From an uncultured Lachnoclostridium sp. (GTDB lineage Bacteria > Bacillota > Clostridia > Lachnospirales > Lachnospiraceae): a stretch of DNA of 52,111 nt. A program made the translations under genes and the position numbers. The notes under the pieces are model-generated. The model was not told where the DNA came from, ran no database searches, and saw nothing but the letters and a program-made list of their open reading frames with translations. Numbering within the stretch: position 1 is the stretch's first letter; each line of letters begins with the position of its first letter. The stretch is from NCBI GenBank assembly GCA_964572955.1, contig CAZNGY010000008.1, positions 1 through 52,111 of the forward strand, in the 5' to 3' direction. Shown piece after piece: positions 38,178 to 47,888 of the stretch.

Positions 38178-38375
38178 TACAATTCCTCCTATGAATATAT
38201 ATTCTTCTAATCCATATGCCCGCAAAACCCGAAAATTCCGGCTTTTTTCATGGACTAAGCTTAGTTTATTAAATTTTTATATTTCTGTCAAGATTCAGTC
38301 CTTGTCGGTGTGTCCCGATACACACTCCATACAGCTGCACGTACAATATCTGTCTGAATACACGTCAGCCGCCTT

Positions 38376-39785
38376 TTATTCCTCTCCGTTCCAACAGTAT
38401 GTACATAACTGCGACTTATCTATGCCACAGGCTTCAAGCATATCATCAAGTCTGTTGAATCTTAAAGAAGTAAAATGAAGCTCTTTGCAGATTTCATCTA
38501 CCATTTTCTCATACTTCTCAGAATCCGGATTCGTATATTCCTTGAGGACTTCTTCCGTAACATTTCCGTTTTCAAGTCTCTCAATCACCCTTCTTGTAAT
38601 AAGATCCATTTCTGATGATGATCTTGAGAAATTAAGATATTTGCAGCCGTAAACCAACGGAGGACATGCCGGTCTTATGTGAACTTCCTTTGCTCCACTT
38701 GCAAAAAGATACTCCGTCGTCTCTCTAAGCTGAGTTCCTCTTACAATACTGTCGTCAATAAGAAGAAGCTTTTTATCTCTGATAAGATCCTCAACCGCCA
38801 ACAGCTTCATCTTTGCTATAAGATTTCTCTGGCTCTGTATCGTCGGCATAAAAGATCTTGGCCATGTAGGTGTATATTTTATAAAAGGTCTTGAAAACGG
38901 AATTCCTGACTCATTTGCATAACCGATTGCATGAGCAATTCCTGAATCCGGTACACCTGCAACAATATCCGGCTTAACCGTATCTCTTTTTGCCATCTTT
39001 GCACCACAATTGTATCTCATCTGCTCAACACTTAGGCCTTCATATGAACTTGCAGGATAGCCATAATATACCCAGAGAAATGTACATATTTTCATTTTAT
39101 TGCCGGGATGCTTAAGTGTTATACAGTTTTTATCCGTAATGACCACGATTTCTCCCGGTCCGAGTTCTTTATATGTTTTATATCCAAGATTTGCAAATGC
39201 ATAACATTCAAAAGCTGCACAGAATGCATCCTGTTTTTTACCGATTACAACAGGTGTTCTTCCGAACTTATCTCTGGCACAATATATACCCGATGAATTC
39301 ATCAGCAGAAGCGAAAGTGAACCATCAACCTTCTCAAGAGCATAACTTATACCCTCTATAAGATTTTCTTTCTGGTTTATCAGAGTAGCAATAAGTTCAG
39401 TGGCATTAATATCCCCTCCGCTCATTTCAAGGAAATGAGAATGACCGCTTTCAAAAAGTTCCGCTGTAAGTTCATCTATATTATTGATTTTACTTACCGT
39501 GGTAATTGCATATGTGCCGTGATGAGATCTCACAATAAGTGGCTGCGGCTCATAGTCTGATATACAGCCTATGCCGAGTCTGCCTTTCATCTCTTGAATA
39601 TCCTTGTCAAACTTGGTACGAAAAGGTGCATTTTCAATATTGTGAATAGACCTTTCAAAACCTGTTTCATCATTGTAAACTGCCATTCCTCCTCTTCTTG
39701 TCCCAAGGTGAGAATGATAGTCAACACCAAAAAACAAGTCAAAAACGCAGTCTTTTGAGGCTGCAACGCCCATGAATCCGCCCAT
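38376..39785 (-). CDS. amidophosphoribosyltransferase-like protein (PurF family, divergent N-terminus)
   Basis: Class II GATase-like N-domain with a short propeptide then Cys (MGGFMGVAASKD-C-VFDLFFG). PRTase motif LLLIDDSIVRGTQ. C-terminal Cys cluster (CPP..C.., CTYCWNG) resembling the PurF 4Fe-4S ligands. AAGGAGA RBS before the ATG at 39785. Confidence 0.65.
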   Translation of the reverse strand: MGGFMGVAASKDCVFDLFFGVDYHSHLGTRRGGMAVYNDETGFERSIHNIENAPFRTKFDKDIQEMKGRLGIGCISDYEPQPLIVRSHHGTYAITTVSKINNIDELTAELFESGHSHFLEMSGGDINATELIATLINQKENLIEGISYALEKVDGSLSLLLMNSSGIYCARDKFGRTPVVIGKKQDAFCAAFECYAFANLGYKTYKELGPGEIVVITDKNCITLKHPGNKMKICTFLWVYYGYPASSYEGLSVEQMRYNCGAKMAKRDTVKPDIVAGVPDSGIAHAIGYANESGIPFSRPFIKYTPTWPRSFMPTIQSQRNLIAKMKLLAVEDLIRDKKLLLIDDSIVRGTQLRETTEYLFASGAKEVHIRPACPPLVYGCKYLNFSRSSSEMDLITRRVIERLENGNVTEEVLKEYTNPDSEKYEKMVDEICKELHFTSLRFNRLDDMLEACGIDKSQLCTYCWNGEE

Positions 39786-40000
39786 CTGTCGTCTCCTTAC
39801 ATATTGCATTTTTCTTTGCTGGTTCTAAATCCAAACCAATTTATTTTAACAGTATTTTTTCATATATTCAAGTAGCAAAGAAAATTATAGTTTACTCTGA
39901 ATCCACTCATTATAAATCCCCATTCTTTCTGCTTCTGTACACTCTTTTACTTGCAAAGGCAATCCATGTTTCATATAATAACAGACAGGAGGAGATGTTT

Positions 40001-40654
40001 ATGGGTAAATATTCAATATTAAAAGGACATCCGTTTGAGTACAATAACACTGCGGATGATAATCATATCTTCATACGAACCGCTGCCGCCGGATACGATT
40101 ATTCCATAGCAATAAACGTATGTTCAAACAAGTATCCACGCTGCATGTACTACGCTCTCAAGAAGTTTTACTACGAGGACTTCACTGACACGACTCCTGA
40201 ATCCGTCATAACAGACACCATGATCAATGCTCCTATCGGACTTAGGACAATTAAGTCATATGATGAATTTAAGCTGTCATATAAAGAACAAAACTGGTTT
40301 GATGAAAGCGAAATGCTTATCGCTTCCCGAAAAAGCAATCCAAACAACATTCTCGGACGTGAAGTGATCAACCTTACAAAAGCGTCAATTGCCGAATGGG
40401 ATTCTTATGTATGTGCATTCGGAATCAGCTGGGGGCCAAAATCTGCACCCGATCGTTCGTTCGGCTTTTATCCCACCCGCGGCATCCATGACGTTCACTG
40501 CAACATAGAAAACGGTCACGATACACACAAAAAAAGACCCTCGTCTGTTCATGACGGGGCCCTGTTTTTTCATTTTCCTTCTAAGGGATGCTTCTACGGA
40601 ATTTTCTGTATGTTTCCCGGACAGCTTAACACTTCCACTCGTAACAAAACCTAA
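40001..40654 (+). CDS. DUF2278 (YukJ-like) family protein
   Basis: Blocks YSILKG, IAINV, FGISWGP, FGFYPTRGIHDVHCNIENG and HDGALFFHFP resemble the YukJ/DUF2278 pattern (YGVLKG...FGFLPGNGIHDIHMNQGN...DGALFIHFP) as recalled from memory. AGGAGGAG RBS 9 nt before the ATG at 40001. Confidence 0.55.
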   Translation: MGKYSILKGHPFEYNNTADDNHIFIRTAAAGYDYSIAINVCSNKYPRCMYYALKKFYYEDFTDTTPESVITDTMINAPIGLRTIKSYDEFKLSYKEQNWFDESEMLIASRKSNPNNILGREVINLTKASIAEWDSYVCAFGISWGPKSAPDRSFGFYPTRGIHDVHCNIENGHDTHKKRPSSVHDGALFFHFPSKGCFYGIFCMFPGQLNTSTRNKT

Positions 40655-40676
40655 AATCCTATTAATCTTTTTAACG

Positions 40677-40707
40677 GCAGCCTCTTTTATACGAGGTTGC
40701 TTTTTTT
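40677..40707 (+). terminator. rho-independent terminator after the DUF2278 gene
   Basis: GCAGCCTC-TTTTATAC-GAGGTTGC + TTTTTTT. Confidence 0.7.
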
Positions 40708-40723
40708 CTTATTTATCCTGATT

Positions 40724-41038
40724 CTACAGCAGTCTCATCACTATATCTGCAAGCAAAACCGCTCCGCAGCATGCAACCGCAACCTGAAAAAGATTTGCAC
40801 CAATCCAGGAAAGAATTACTCCTGTAACAAGTGCCAGAATTCCCATTATCCTTGTCTCTGTTCCGTAAATTATTGCCGGGAAAGTCATCACTGCCAATGT
40901 TACATAAGGCAGATAGTACAAAAAGGAACAGATAAATTTATTTTTGATTTTTCCTTTAATTAATGTAAGCGGAAGTATTCTGAGAAGTGATGAAACTGCT
41001 GCCGCCACCAATATGTATATATAAATATAATGTTCCAT
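40724..41038 (-). CDS. azlD: branched-chain amino acid transport protein AzlD
   Basis: 104 aa, three to four TM helices. Immediately follows azlC. Confidence 0.8.
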   Translation of the reverse strand: MEHYIYIYILVAAAVSSLLRILPLTLIKGKIKNKFICSFLYYLPYVTLAVMTFPAIIYGTETRIMGILALVTGVILSWIGANLFQVAVACCGAVLLADIVMRLL

Positions 41039-41749
41039 TTATTCTTCCTCCGAATGCGGAAATAAAACCGCTGCAATTGCCGAAATTACAACTGTCAGTA
41101 TAATGCATCTCATACTCTCTGAAAGTCCTGATATTACCGGAGCAGCCGATGCAATGTAACTTGCGAGAAAACTTGTAAGAACTACACCCGCAACAACTTT
41201 ATTCTGCCTTGCAGGCGGTATGATTATCGCCAGAAACATTCCGTAAAGAGCAACACTCAGTGCGTTTACCATTACCTGTGGGAGTATATTCCCGGCAATT
41301 ATGCCTATTGCCGTGCCCGATGCCCAACAGGGAATTGAAAGAATCATCAATCCATAAGCATAATACGGATTAACGTATCCCGGCTGTGCAATTTCCGCTC
41401 CAAAAATCTCATCCGTAATTCCAAATCCGATAAAAGCCCTGTGAAGCATTCCTGTTTTTTCAGAAATTCTCTGACTTAAAGCACAGCTCATAAGTACATA
41501 TCGTGCATTAGTTATCAATATTATAAGAGCCATTTCCCAATATGGAGAATTTGATTCAATAACCGTAAACTCTGCATATTCTCCTGCTGATGCATGGTTT
41601 AGTATACTTGAAATAAAACCCTGCAGCGGATCAAGTCCTGCACGCCTTGCCGCTATTCCAAGTGAAAAAGCAACTGCAAAATACCCCAGTGCTATCGGTA
41701 TACCGTCTCTCATACCCTTAACTACTGCTTCCCTATTTGTTCTGTTCAT
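41039..41749 (-). CDS. azlC: AzlC-family branched-chain amino acid permease
   Basis: 236 aa polytopic membrane protein with an AzlC-type N-terminus (GIPIALGYFAVAFSLGI). Confidence 0.85.
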   Translation of the reverse strand: MNRTNREAVVKGMRDGIPIALGYFAVAFSLGIAARRAGLDPLQGFISSILNHASAGEYAEFTVIESNSPYWEMALIILITNARYVLMSCALSQRISEKTGMLHRAFIGFGITDEIFGAEIAQPGYVNPYYAYGLMILSIPCWASGTAIGIIAGNILPQVMVNALSVALYGMFLAIIIPPARQNKVVAGVVLTSFLASYIASAAPVISGLSESMRCIILTVVISAIAAVLFPHSEEE

Positions 41750-41814
41750 CTTTCTTCCTTTCCGTACTGCAGAAATTCTTCTTTTGTCCGATTAAAATCA
41801 GGCAGATAACCGTG

Positions 41815-42648
41815 CTATACCGTTTTCTTTTTCAGAAAAACATCCGCATCATGCTGTCCTGTCTGATATACCGCTTCCAGCTTTTCCGGATCTTTTTCCG
41901 TTCTGCTTATGCCAAATGCCTTGTGCGGTCTTATTATGTCAATTTTTCCGTCTTCTGCCAGTTTTTCAAGTTCCGACATTTGATCATTATACATCTCATG
42001 TCTGTGTTTTATGCGATAATCAAGCTTCGGATATTTTCTTTTATAAAACATATCCGCCATAAGAGGGGATATCGGTTTTTTTACATAGCCATCTTCTTTT
42101 GTAAGTACAACCACCAATTCATCATATCCCATTTCAAGCATCTTTCTGTAAGGAATACTGTCTGTAATTGCTCCGTCAAGATAATAACCATTACCAATCT
42201 TTACCGGTTTCGAGACAAATGGCATCGAGCCTGAAGCTCTTAAAACATCCATCTGATCAAAAGCACTGTTTATACGAATATATTCAGGCTTTCCTGTTTC
42301 CACGTTGGTCACCACCGCATAAAAAGGTACTCCTGATTCCTTAAAAGTTTTATCATCAAACGGATCAAGTTCATAAGGTACTTTTCTGTATGCATAATCC
42401 GTATCGACAATGTTTCCGGTTCTGACTAACGGAAGCAGTCCCATATAGTTTCTGTCACTATTATATTTTTTGTTGTATCTGATTACTCTTCCTTTCTGGT
42501 TCGAGAGATAATTAATACCAAACAATGCACCTGCCGAAACACCTATAACAGCATCAAATCTTTCACCGTCTTCCATAAATCTGTCTAAAACACCGGCGGT
42601 GTACATACCTTTCATCGCACCGCCTTCCAGAACCAATGCTCTTTTCAT
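41815..42648 (-). CDS. patatin-like phospholipase
   Basis: Oxyanion GGAMKG and lipase serine GVSAGA motifs, with a downstream DGA/DGG aspartate. Start set at MKRALVLEGG, 8 nt after GGAGAG; the ORF track extends to 42669. Confidence 0.8.
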   Translation of the reverse strand: MKRALVLEGGAMKGMYTAGVLDRFMEDGERFDAVIGVSAGALFGINYLSNQKGRVIRYNKKYNSDRNYMGLLPLVRTGNIVDTDYAYRKVPYELDPFDDKTFKESGVPFYAVVTNVETGKPEYIRINSAFDQMDVLRASGSMPFVSKPVKIGNGYYLDGAITDSIPYRKMLEMGYDELVVVLTKEDGYVKKPISPLMADMFYKRKYPKLDYRIKHRHEMYNDQMSELEKLAEDGKIDIIRPHKAFGISRTEKDPEKLEAVYQTGQHDADVFLKKKTV

Positions 42649-42842
42649 TTTCATCGCTCTCCGATTCATGTTAATTAAATTTTGTCCTTTAAAAGACGTT
42701 TGATTATAATATCATTTTTACCGTTAAAAGTAAAGAAAAAGGACCGCCTTTCATAATCCCGCTCGTTTGGATTATATCTGCCGTCCTTCATCTCATTTTA
42801 TTTTAGGAGTATATTTAATCTGATTAAGTATTATCCGTTTTC

Positions 42843-44129
42843 TCAGATAACACGCATTCCGCCATATTTTCTGATTTTGAGTACACTGCACGCACCCTGT
42901 CCAAATAGTTTATTCATAGTCTCACTGTATTCAACAACTTTATCGTTTTTTACAAACGCCTGAATTGTTCCCGCAAAACCACCGCCATGCACTCTGCATA
43001 CACCGCTTCCGTCCCCAAGAACCGTCTCACTGACTGCCAGTGCTATTGATACATTCTGATGTCTTATATCATTGTTTGTATATACATTCTGAAGAAATTT
43101 ATATGAAGAATTTCCGGAAGCCTTTACGTTCTCCAGAAATTCATTGATTTTCAAGTTTTTAATTGCTGCCACTTCTTCCCGAACCCTGCCGTTTTCGTTA
43201 ATAAAGTGAAGTGCTCTGAGGAAAGCCCTGTCGCCAAAACGCTTTCTGATCTCCATTGAATTCTCAATCAAATCCTTTATTTCCACTCCGAGAAGCACCT
43301 CCTTGCCAAAGAAGGAAGCAACTGCTTTCATTTCGGCAGGCACTGCTGCATAATCAGCCGTAAGATCTGCATGTGATCCTTTTGTATCCGTTATACAGAG
43401 ACTGTATCCATAGCCCTCAAGGTCAAGTTCTACTTTTTCCACTACAGGCTCTGCCGGATTTGCAAAGTCAACATGAACGAGACTGCCTACCGAACATGCC
43501 ATCTGATCCATAAGTCCGCATGGTTTTCCAAAATAAACATTCTCTGCATACTGTCCGATTATTGCATTCGTAACTGCATCAATTTCCCCATCGTTATAAA
43601 GATATGATATTATTGTTCCAATAACCGTTTCAAATGCCGCCGATGATGAAAGTCCGGCACCTATAAGAACATCACTTGTTATGTATGCACAAAAACCGCC
43701 AATTTTATAGCCCCTGTTTTTTGCTCCGGCAAGAACACCTTTCACAAGAGCTTCCGTCGATTCTTTTTCACTTTCCTTCATCTCAATGTCTGTTGTATCA
43801 ATTATAATTTCTTTATAACCACCGGATACAAGTTTAATAACCGGTGTTTCTGTTTTACTGGCTACCGCAATGGCATCCATATTAATTGATGCTGCAAGGA
43901 TTTCTCCATGCTGATGATCTGTATGATTTCCGCCGACTTCACTTCTTCCCGGTGCACTGAAAATCTCCACCTCTGAATTCTTACCGTAAAGACACTCAAA
44001 TTTTTCTACTGCTTTAACGTATCTTGCAGTCTGATAATCAAGTCTGCTTTCGTCAACGTAAATATCCTTTAATAAATCCCTGAACTTTCCGCTTTTAAGC
44101 TGTTCCTTCAAGACTTCCGTTTTAATCAT
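42843..44129 (-). CDS. GHMP-family sugar kinase, galactokinase-like
   Basis: 428 aa. N-terminal PGRSEVGGNHTDHQHG (compare GalK PGRVNLIGEHTDYNGG). GHMP ATP motif region. C-terminal HGGGFAG. Confidence 0.7.
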   Translation of the reverse strand: MIKTEVLKEQLKSGKFRDLLKDIYVDESRLDYQTARYVKAVEKFECLYGKNSEVEIFSAPGRSEVGGNHTDHQHGEILAASINMDAIAVASKTETPVIKLVSGGYKEIIIDTTDIEMKESEKESTEALVKGVLAGAKNRGYKIGGFCAYITSDVLIGAGLSSSAAFETVIGTIISYLYNDGEIDAVTNAIIGQYAENVYFGKPCGLMDQMACSVGSLVHVDFANPAEPVVEKVELDLEGYGYSLCITDTKGSHADLTADYAAVPAEMKAVASFFGKEVLLGVEIKDLIENSMEIRKRFGDRAFLRALHFINENGRVREEVAAIKNLKINEFLENVKASGNSSYKFLQNVYTNNDIRHQNVSIALAVSETVLGDGSGVCRVHGGGFAGTIQAFVKNDKVVEYSETMNKLFGQGACSVLKIRKYGGMRVI

Positions 44130-44288
44130 AAACCCCTCCGAAAAACATTCTATAATCGTACTATATCTTTTGTTTACTAAAATGTCAATATTATTTTACT
44201 AAAAATATAGATGTTTTTATGTTTTTCTCTCGACAAAACACTATTATGTGTGTTATACTACTGTTTAGTAAACATTTCAGAGGTTATT

Positions 44289-45296
44289 ATGGCAACAATA
44301 AGAGATATTGCAAAAAAAGCAGGGCTTTCCCCTGCAGCAGTTTCAAGAATATTAAATAATGATGCAACACTAAGTGTTCCCGATGAAACAAGGCTCAAAG
44401 TTATAAACACTGCCAGGGAACTTAATTATGTTAAACCAAAACGTCACAAACAGAGTCCTCCCGCTTTTACAATAGGAGTTGTTCAATGGTTTACTTCCAA
44501 AGAAGAAAACAACGACAATTATTATCTGAAAGTAAGACAGGGTATAGAAGACTTTTGCATCAAGAATTCCATTGAACTTCTCCGTTTTTTTCACGATGAC
44601 GAAGACATCATGGAATCATTAAAAAACGTAGACGGACTAATATGTCTCGGTAAATTTTCAGAAATTGAGGTGGCCGAATTTATTTCCGTATGCAGTAGTG
44701 CCGTTTTTTTGGATATGCCTGTTGAAAATCACAGCATCACTTCACTCTCTCTTGATTTCGACAAAGCTGTGCGTTCCGTAATAGATTATCTTATTTCCCT
44801 CGGTCACTCCGAAATCGGTTTTCTTTGTGGAATAGAGTACGTCGGAGACAACAAACGTCTTATTGATCCTAGAATCACATCCTTCATGAGATACATGAAA
44901 CTTCTCGGAAAAAGCGGTGAAAGATATTTTAAAGAAGGTGTATTTTCATCCGAATCCGGTTATGAGATGATGAATGAACTCCTAAGCGGCGGTGATTATC
45001 CTACCGCTGTATTTGCGGCAAGCGATGCAATTGCATACGGAGCAATGCGGGCAATTCATGAACACGGTTTGAGTATTCCCCGTGACATCTCCATTATCGG
45101 TTTCAACGATATGGAACCAAGTGCGTTCATGACACCTCCGCTCACAACGGTTCATGCTCCGGCATATGATATGGGGCAGCATGGTGCCAACCTTTTATTC
45201 AGTGCCCCAAATCTCAACAGACAGACACCCCTCACCGCAAAACTGCCGTGCAGTCTCATAATAAGAGACTCCTGTGCAGCTCCATCAAAAAAATAA
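44289..45296 (+). CDS. LacI-family transcriptional regulator
   Basis: HTH MATIRDIAKKAGLSPAAVSRILN plus a periplasmic-binding-fold sugar domain. The internal ATG has an AGAGG RBS; the ORF track starts at an upstream TTG at 44211. Confidence 0.88.
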   Translation: MATIRDIAKKAGLSPAAVSRILNNDATLSVPDETRLKVINTARELNYVKPKRHKQSPPAFTIGVVQWFTSKEENNDNYYLKVRQGIEDFCIKNSIELLRFFHDDEDIMESLKNVDGLICLGKFSEIEVAEFISVCSSAVFLDMPVENHSITSLSLDFDKAVRSVIDYLISLGHSEIGFLCGIEYVGDNKRLIDPRITSFMRYMKLLGKSGERYFKEGVFSSESGYEMMNELLSGGDYPTAVFAASDAIAYGAMRAIHEHGLSIPRDISIIGFNDMEPSAFMTPPLTTVHAPAYDMGQHGANLLFSAPNLNRQTPLTAKLPCSLIIRDSCAAPSKK

Positions 45297-45298
45297 TA

Positions 45299-45362
45299 AA
45301 AGCGTAATGACTTTTTATATCGTTACCGGTAAATCCGGTAAAAACATAAGTCATTACGCTTT
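45299..45362. terminator. bidirectional terminator between LacI and ddh (long-loop inverted repeat)
   Basis: AAAGCGTAATGAC...(loop containing TTACCGGTAAATCCGGTAA)...GTCATTACGCTTT with T/A runs on either side. Confidence 0.55.
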
Positions 45363-45368
45363 TACTTT

Positions 45369-46349
45369 TTAAAGCATATTCTTTCTGAGTTCTTCAGCCG
45401 ATAAAGGACTGAGGTATGCAGGCGCAATATCAAAAACAGTCTTGCATCCTGTCTGTCCTTCTTTTGCCAATCTGTTTACAGCTCTTGCAAATGCGAGAAT
45501 TACGGAGGCTGTAAATTCCGGATTTGAATCCAGCTTTAAGCTGTATTCAATAACATGTGAATGTTCTTTTTCAGCTCCTGTAACTCCTGTTCTGAAAACA
45601 AAACCTCCATGAGGAATTTCTGCATGGTCTCTTGCGAACTCCTCTTCCGATATAAAATGCACGATTGTATCATAATCAGCAAAATAATTAGGCATATTCT
45701 TTATTGTATTTTCTATTTCTGCTGTGTCTGCTCCTTCTTCCGCTACCACAAAACATTCTCTTATGTGCTTCTGTCTTGTTGTAAGTTCCGGCATCGTTCC
45801 GCTTCTTACTGCTTCAAGAGCCGATTCTACAGGAATAGTATACTGTTTTCCGTTTTTAACTCCCTTTACTCTTCTGATTGCATCCGAATGACCCTGGCTC
45901 ACTCCTTTTCCCCAAAAAGTATAATCCTTTCCTTCCGGAAGAACTGCCGAACCATAAAGTCTCATAACGGAAAACATTCCCGGATCCCATCCGCATGAAA
46001 TCATTGCCACATTTCCATTTTCTTTTGCAGCCTTATCAACATTTGCAAAATGTTCAGGAATCCTTGCATGAGTATCAAAACTGTCTATTACATTAAAATA
46101 TTTAGCATATTCCGGAGTTTGGACCGGAAGGTCTGTAGCCGAACCTCCGCAAATAACCAAAACATCAATTTCATCTTTATGCTTTTCACATTCATCTGCC
46201 GAATAAACAGGAACACCTTCCGTCAAAGGTTTAACCGATTCCGGATTTCTTCTTGTAAAGATACATCCCAGTTCCATATCAGAATTCTGCTTTACAGCAT
46301 TTTCAACGCCTCTTCCGAGGTTTCCATATCCTAAAATACCAATCCTCAT
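45369..46349 (-). CDS. ddh: meso-diaminopimelate D-dehydrogenase
   Basis: Rossmann N-terminus MRIGILGYGNLGRG and a Ddh-type sequence throughout. The ATG at 46349 has a GGAGA RBS; the ORF track begins at a TTG at 46361. Confidence 0.85.
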   Translation of the reverse strand: MRIGILGYGNLGRGVENAVKQNSDMELGCIFTRRNPESVKPLTEGVPVYSADECEKHKDEIDVLVICGGSATDLPVQTPEYAKYFNVIDSFDTHARIPEHFANVDKAAKENGNVAMISCGWDPGMFSVMRLYGSAVLPEGKDYTFWGKGVSQGHSDAIRRVKGVKNGKQYTIPVESALEAVRSGTMPELTTRQKHIRECFVVAEEGADTAEIENTIKNMPNYFADYDTIVHFISEEEFARDHAEIPHGGFVFRTGVTGAEKEHSHVIEYSLKLDSNPEFTASVILAFARAVNRLAKEGQTGCKTVFDIAPAYLSPLSAEELRKNML

Positions 46350-46441
46350 ATTAATCTCCAATCTGCCTTTGGGCGCTTTAATTTACACAGCAAAGTATAT
46401 AATATACTCTTTCAAAAATCAACAACTTTGTATACAAGTTT

Positions 46442-47824
46442 TTAAATTGTATTTACCTGTTTTTCTTCCTTATTCATTTTTGATGCCGGACGCAGTACAA
46501 AAAGTGCAATAAAGTTCATCACCGCGGTAATTGATAAACTTACGGGATACGCAAGCATAATAATATTAAAGGTTTTGTAACGTGAAAACACTTCAAAAAT
46601 CCACAGCAGTCTCACACCGCATACTCCTGTAATTGCAAGTATTGCAGGAAGAACCGAGATTCTAAACCCCCTGAGATATCCGGAAACATTTTCATACAGC
46701 ATGCTGAAAGTATATGCCGTAAATATTATCAGCAGCCTTGTGTATCCTATTTTTATTACCTCCGGTTCAGGATTAAATATTGCCAAAAGATTCTTACCAA
46801 AAACAAGTGCCACTAATATAAATAAGGCTGTTGCAATAAAATCCTCTAAAATACTGATTGCCAAAATCCTCTTACATCTTTCCGGCTTTCCTGCACCGTA
46901 ATTCTGGCCGACAAATGTCGTACATGCCTGACCAAATGAACTTAATACATAATATACAAAACTTTCTATGCTGCATGCCGCACTTGATGCCGCGATCACT
47001 ACCGTACCCAGACTGTTTATTGATGACTGGATTACTATATTCGATAGTGAAAACACTGCTCCCTGAATGCCCGCGGGAAGACCTATTTTCAAAATCCCTA
47101 TAAAACATTTCCTGTCAAAGCGTATTTCTTTTATCTTTATTTTTATCAGCTTATCAGTTTTCATCATTTTATAAAAGAGTATTGCAGAACTTATCACATT
47201 TGATATCACCGTTGCCAAAGCCACTCCATCGACATTCATGTCAAAAATAACGACAAAACACAGATTAAGCAATACATTTATTACTCCCGATATCGTAAGT
47301 GCCGCCAACGGAAGTTTTGTTTCTCCAACGCTTCTAAAAACTGCCGCTTCAAAGTTAAAAAGAAGTATTGCCGGCATTCCCATAAGATAAATTCTCAAGT
47401 AATCACCGGCATATTCATATACATCTTTAGGGATATTCAGTAGTTTAAGTATATCATCAACAAAAACACCGCCGCATAACGCAATTAAAAGTCCTCCGAT
47501 CAATGCCGTAATAATTGCCGTGTATACGGTTTTTGAAACCGATTTATCATCATTTCTGCCTATTGCATTGGCAATAAGCACATTTGCACTTGCTGAAATC
47601 CCTATAAAAAAGTTCAGTATAAAACCTACAACCGGAGTATTTGCACCTACCGCTGCCACTGCAACCGTTCTGTCCCCGCTGGCAAAATTTCCTACAATTG
47701 CAATATCTGATGCATTAAACAACTGTTCAAGTATTCCTGTCGCAGCTACCGGCAACGCAAACATAAGAATCTTATTCCACAATGAACCGTTTATCATATC
47801 CATTCCGCTGTTTTCTTTTGTCAT
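46442..47824 (-). CDS. MATE-family efflux transporter
   Basis: 460 aa, 12 predicted TM helices, MATE N-terminal signature (LWNKILMFALPVAATGILEQLFNASDIAIVG). Confidence 0.88.
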   Translation of the reverse strand: MTKENSGMDMINGSLWNKILMFALPVAATGILEQLFNASDIAIVGNFASGDRTVAVAAVGANTPVVGFILNFFIGISASANVLIANAIGRNDDKSVSKTVYTAIITALIGGLLIALCGGVFVDDILKLLNIPKDVYEYAGDYLRIYLMGMPAILLFNFEAAVFRSVGETKLPLAALTISGVINVLLNLCFVVIFDMNVDGVALATVISNVISSAILFYKMMKTDKLIKIKIKEIRFDRKCFIGILKIGLPAGIQGAVFSLSNIVIQSSINSLGTVVIAASSAACSIESFVYYVLSSFGQACTTFVGQNYGAGKPERCKRILAISILEDFIATALFILVALVFGKNLLAIFNPEPEVIKIGYTRLLIIFTAYTFSMLYENVSGYLRGFRISVLPAILAITGVCGVRLLWIFEVFSRYKTFNIIMLAYPVSLSITAVMNFIALFVLRPASKMNKEEKQVNTI

Positions 47825-47888
47825 ATGCCCTCCTCTGTCTGAAAAACTGACATATACGCATTAAATATATATTGAAAATTCCTTCTTT

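Noticed and set aside
38178-38375. Hairpins (GTGTGT-CCCGAT-ACACAC; CCGAAAATTCCGG) considered as a terminator for the PurF-like gene.
   Set aside because: The stems are short or imperfect and lack adjacent U-runs on the relevant strand.
41815-42648. Patatin-like phospholipase as a defence effector.
   Set aside because: No cyclase, sensor or other defence-system partner is present. The context (azlCD) is metabolic and the architecture is a plain patatin domain.
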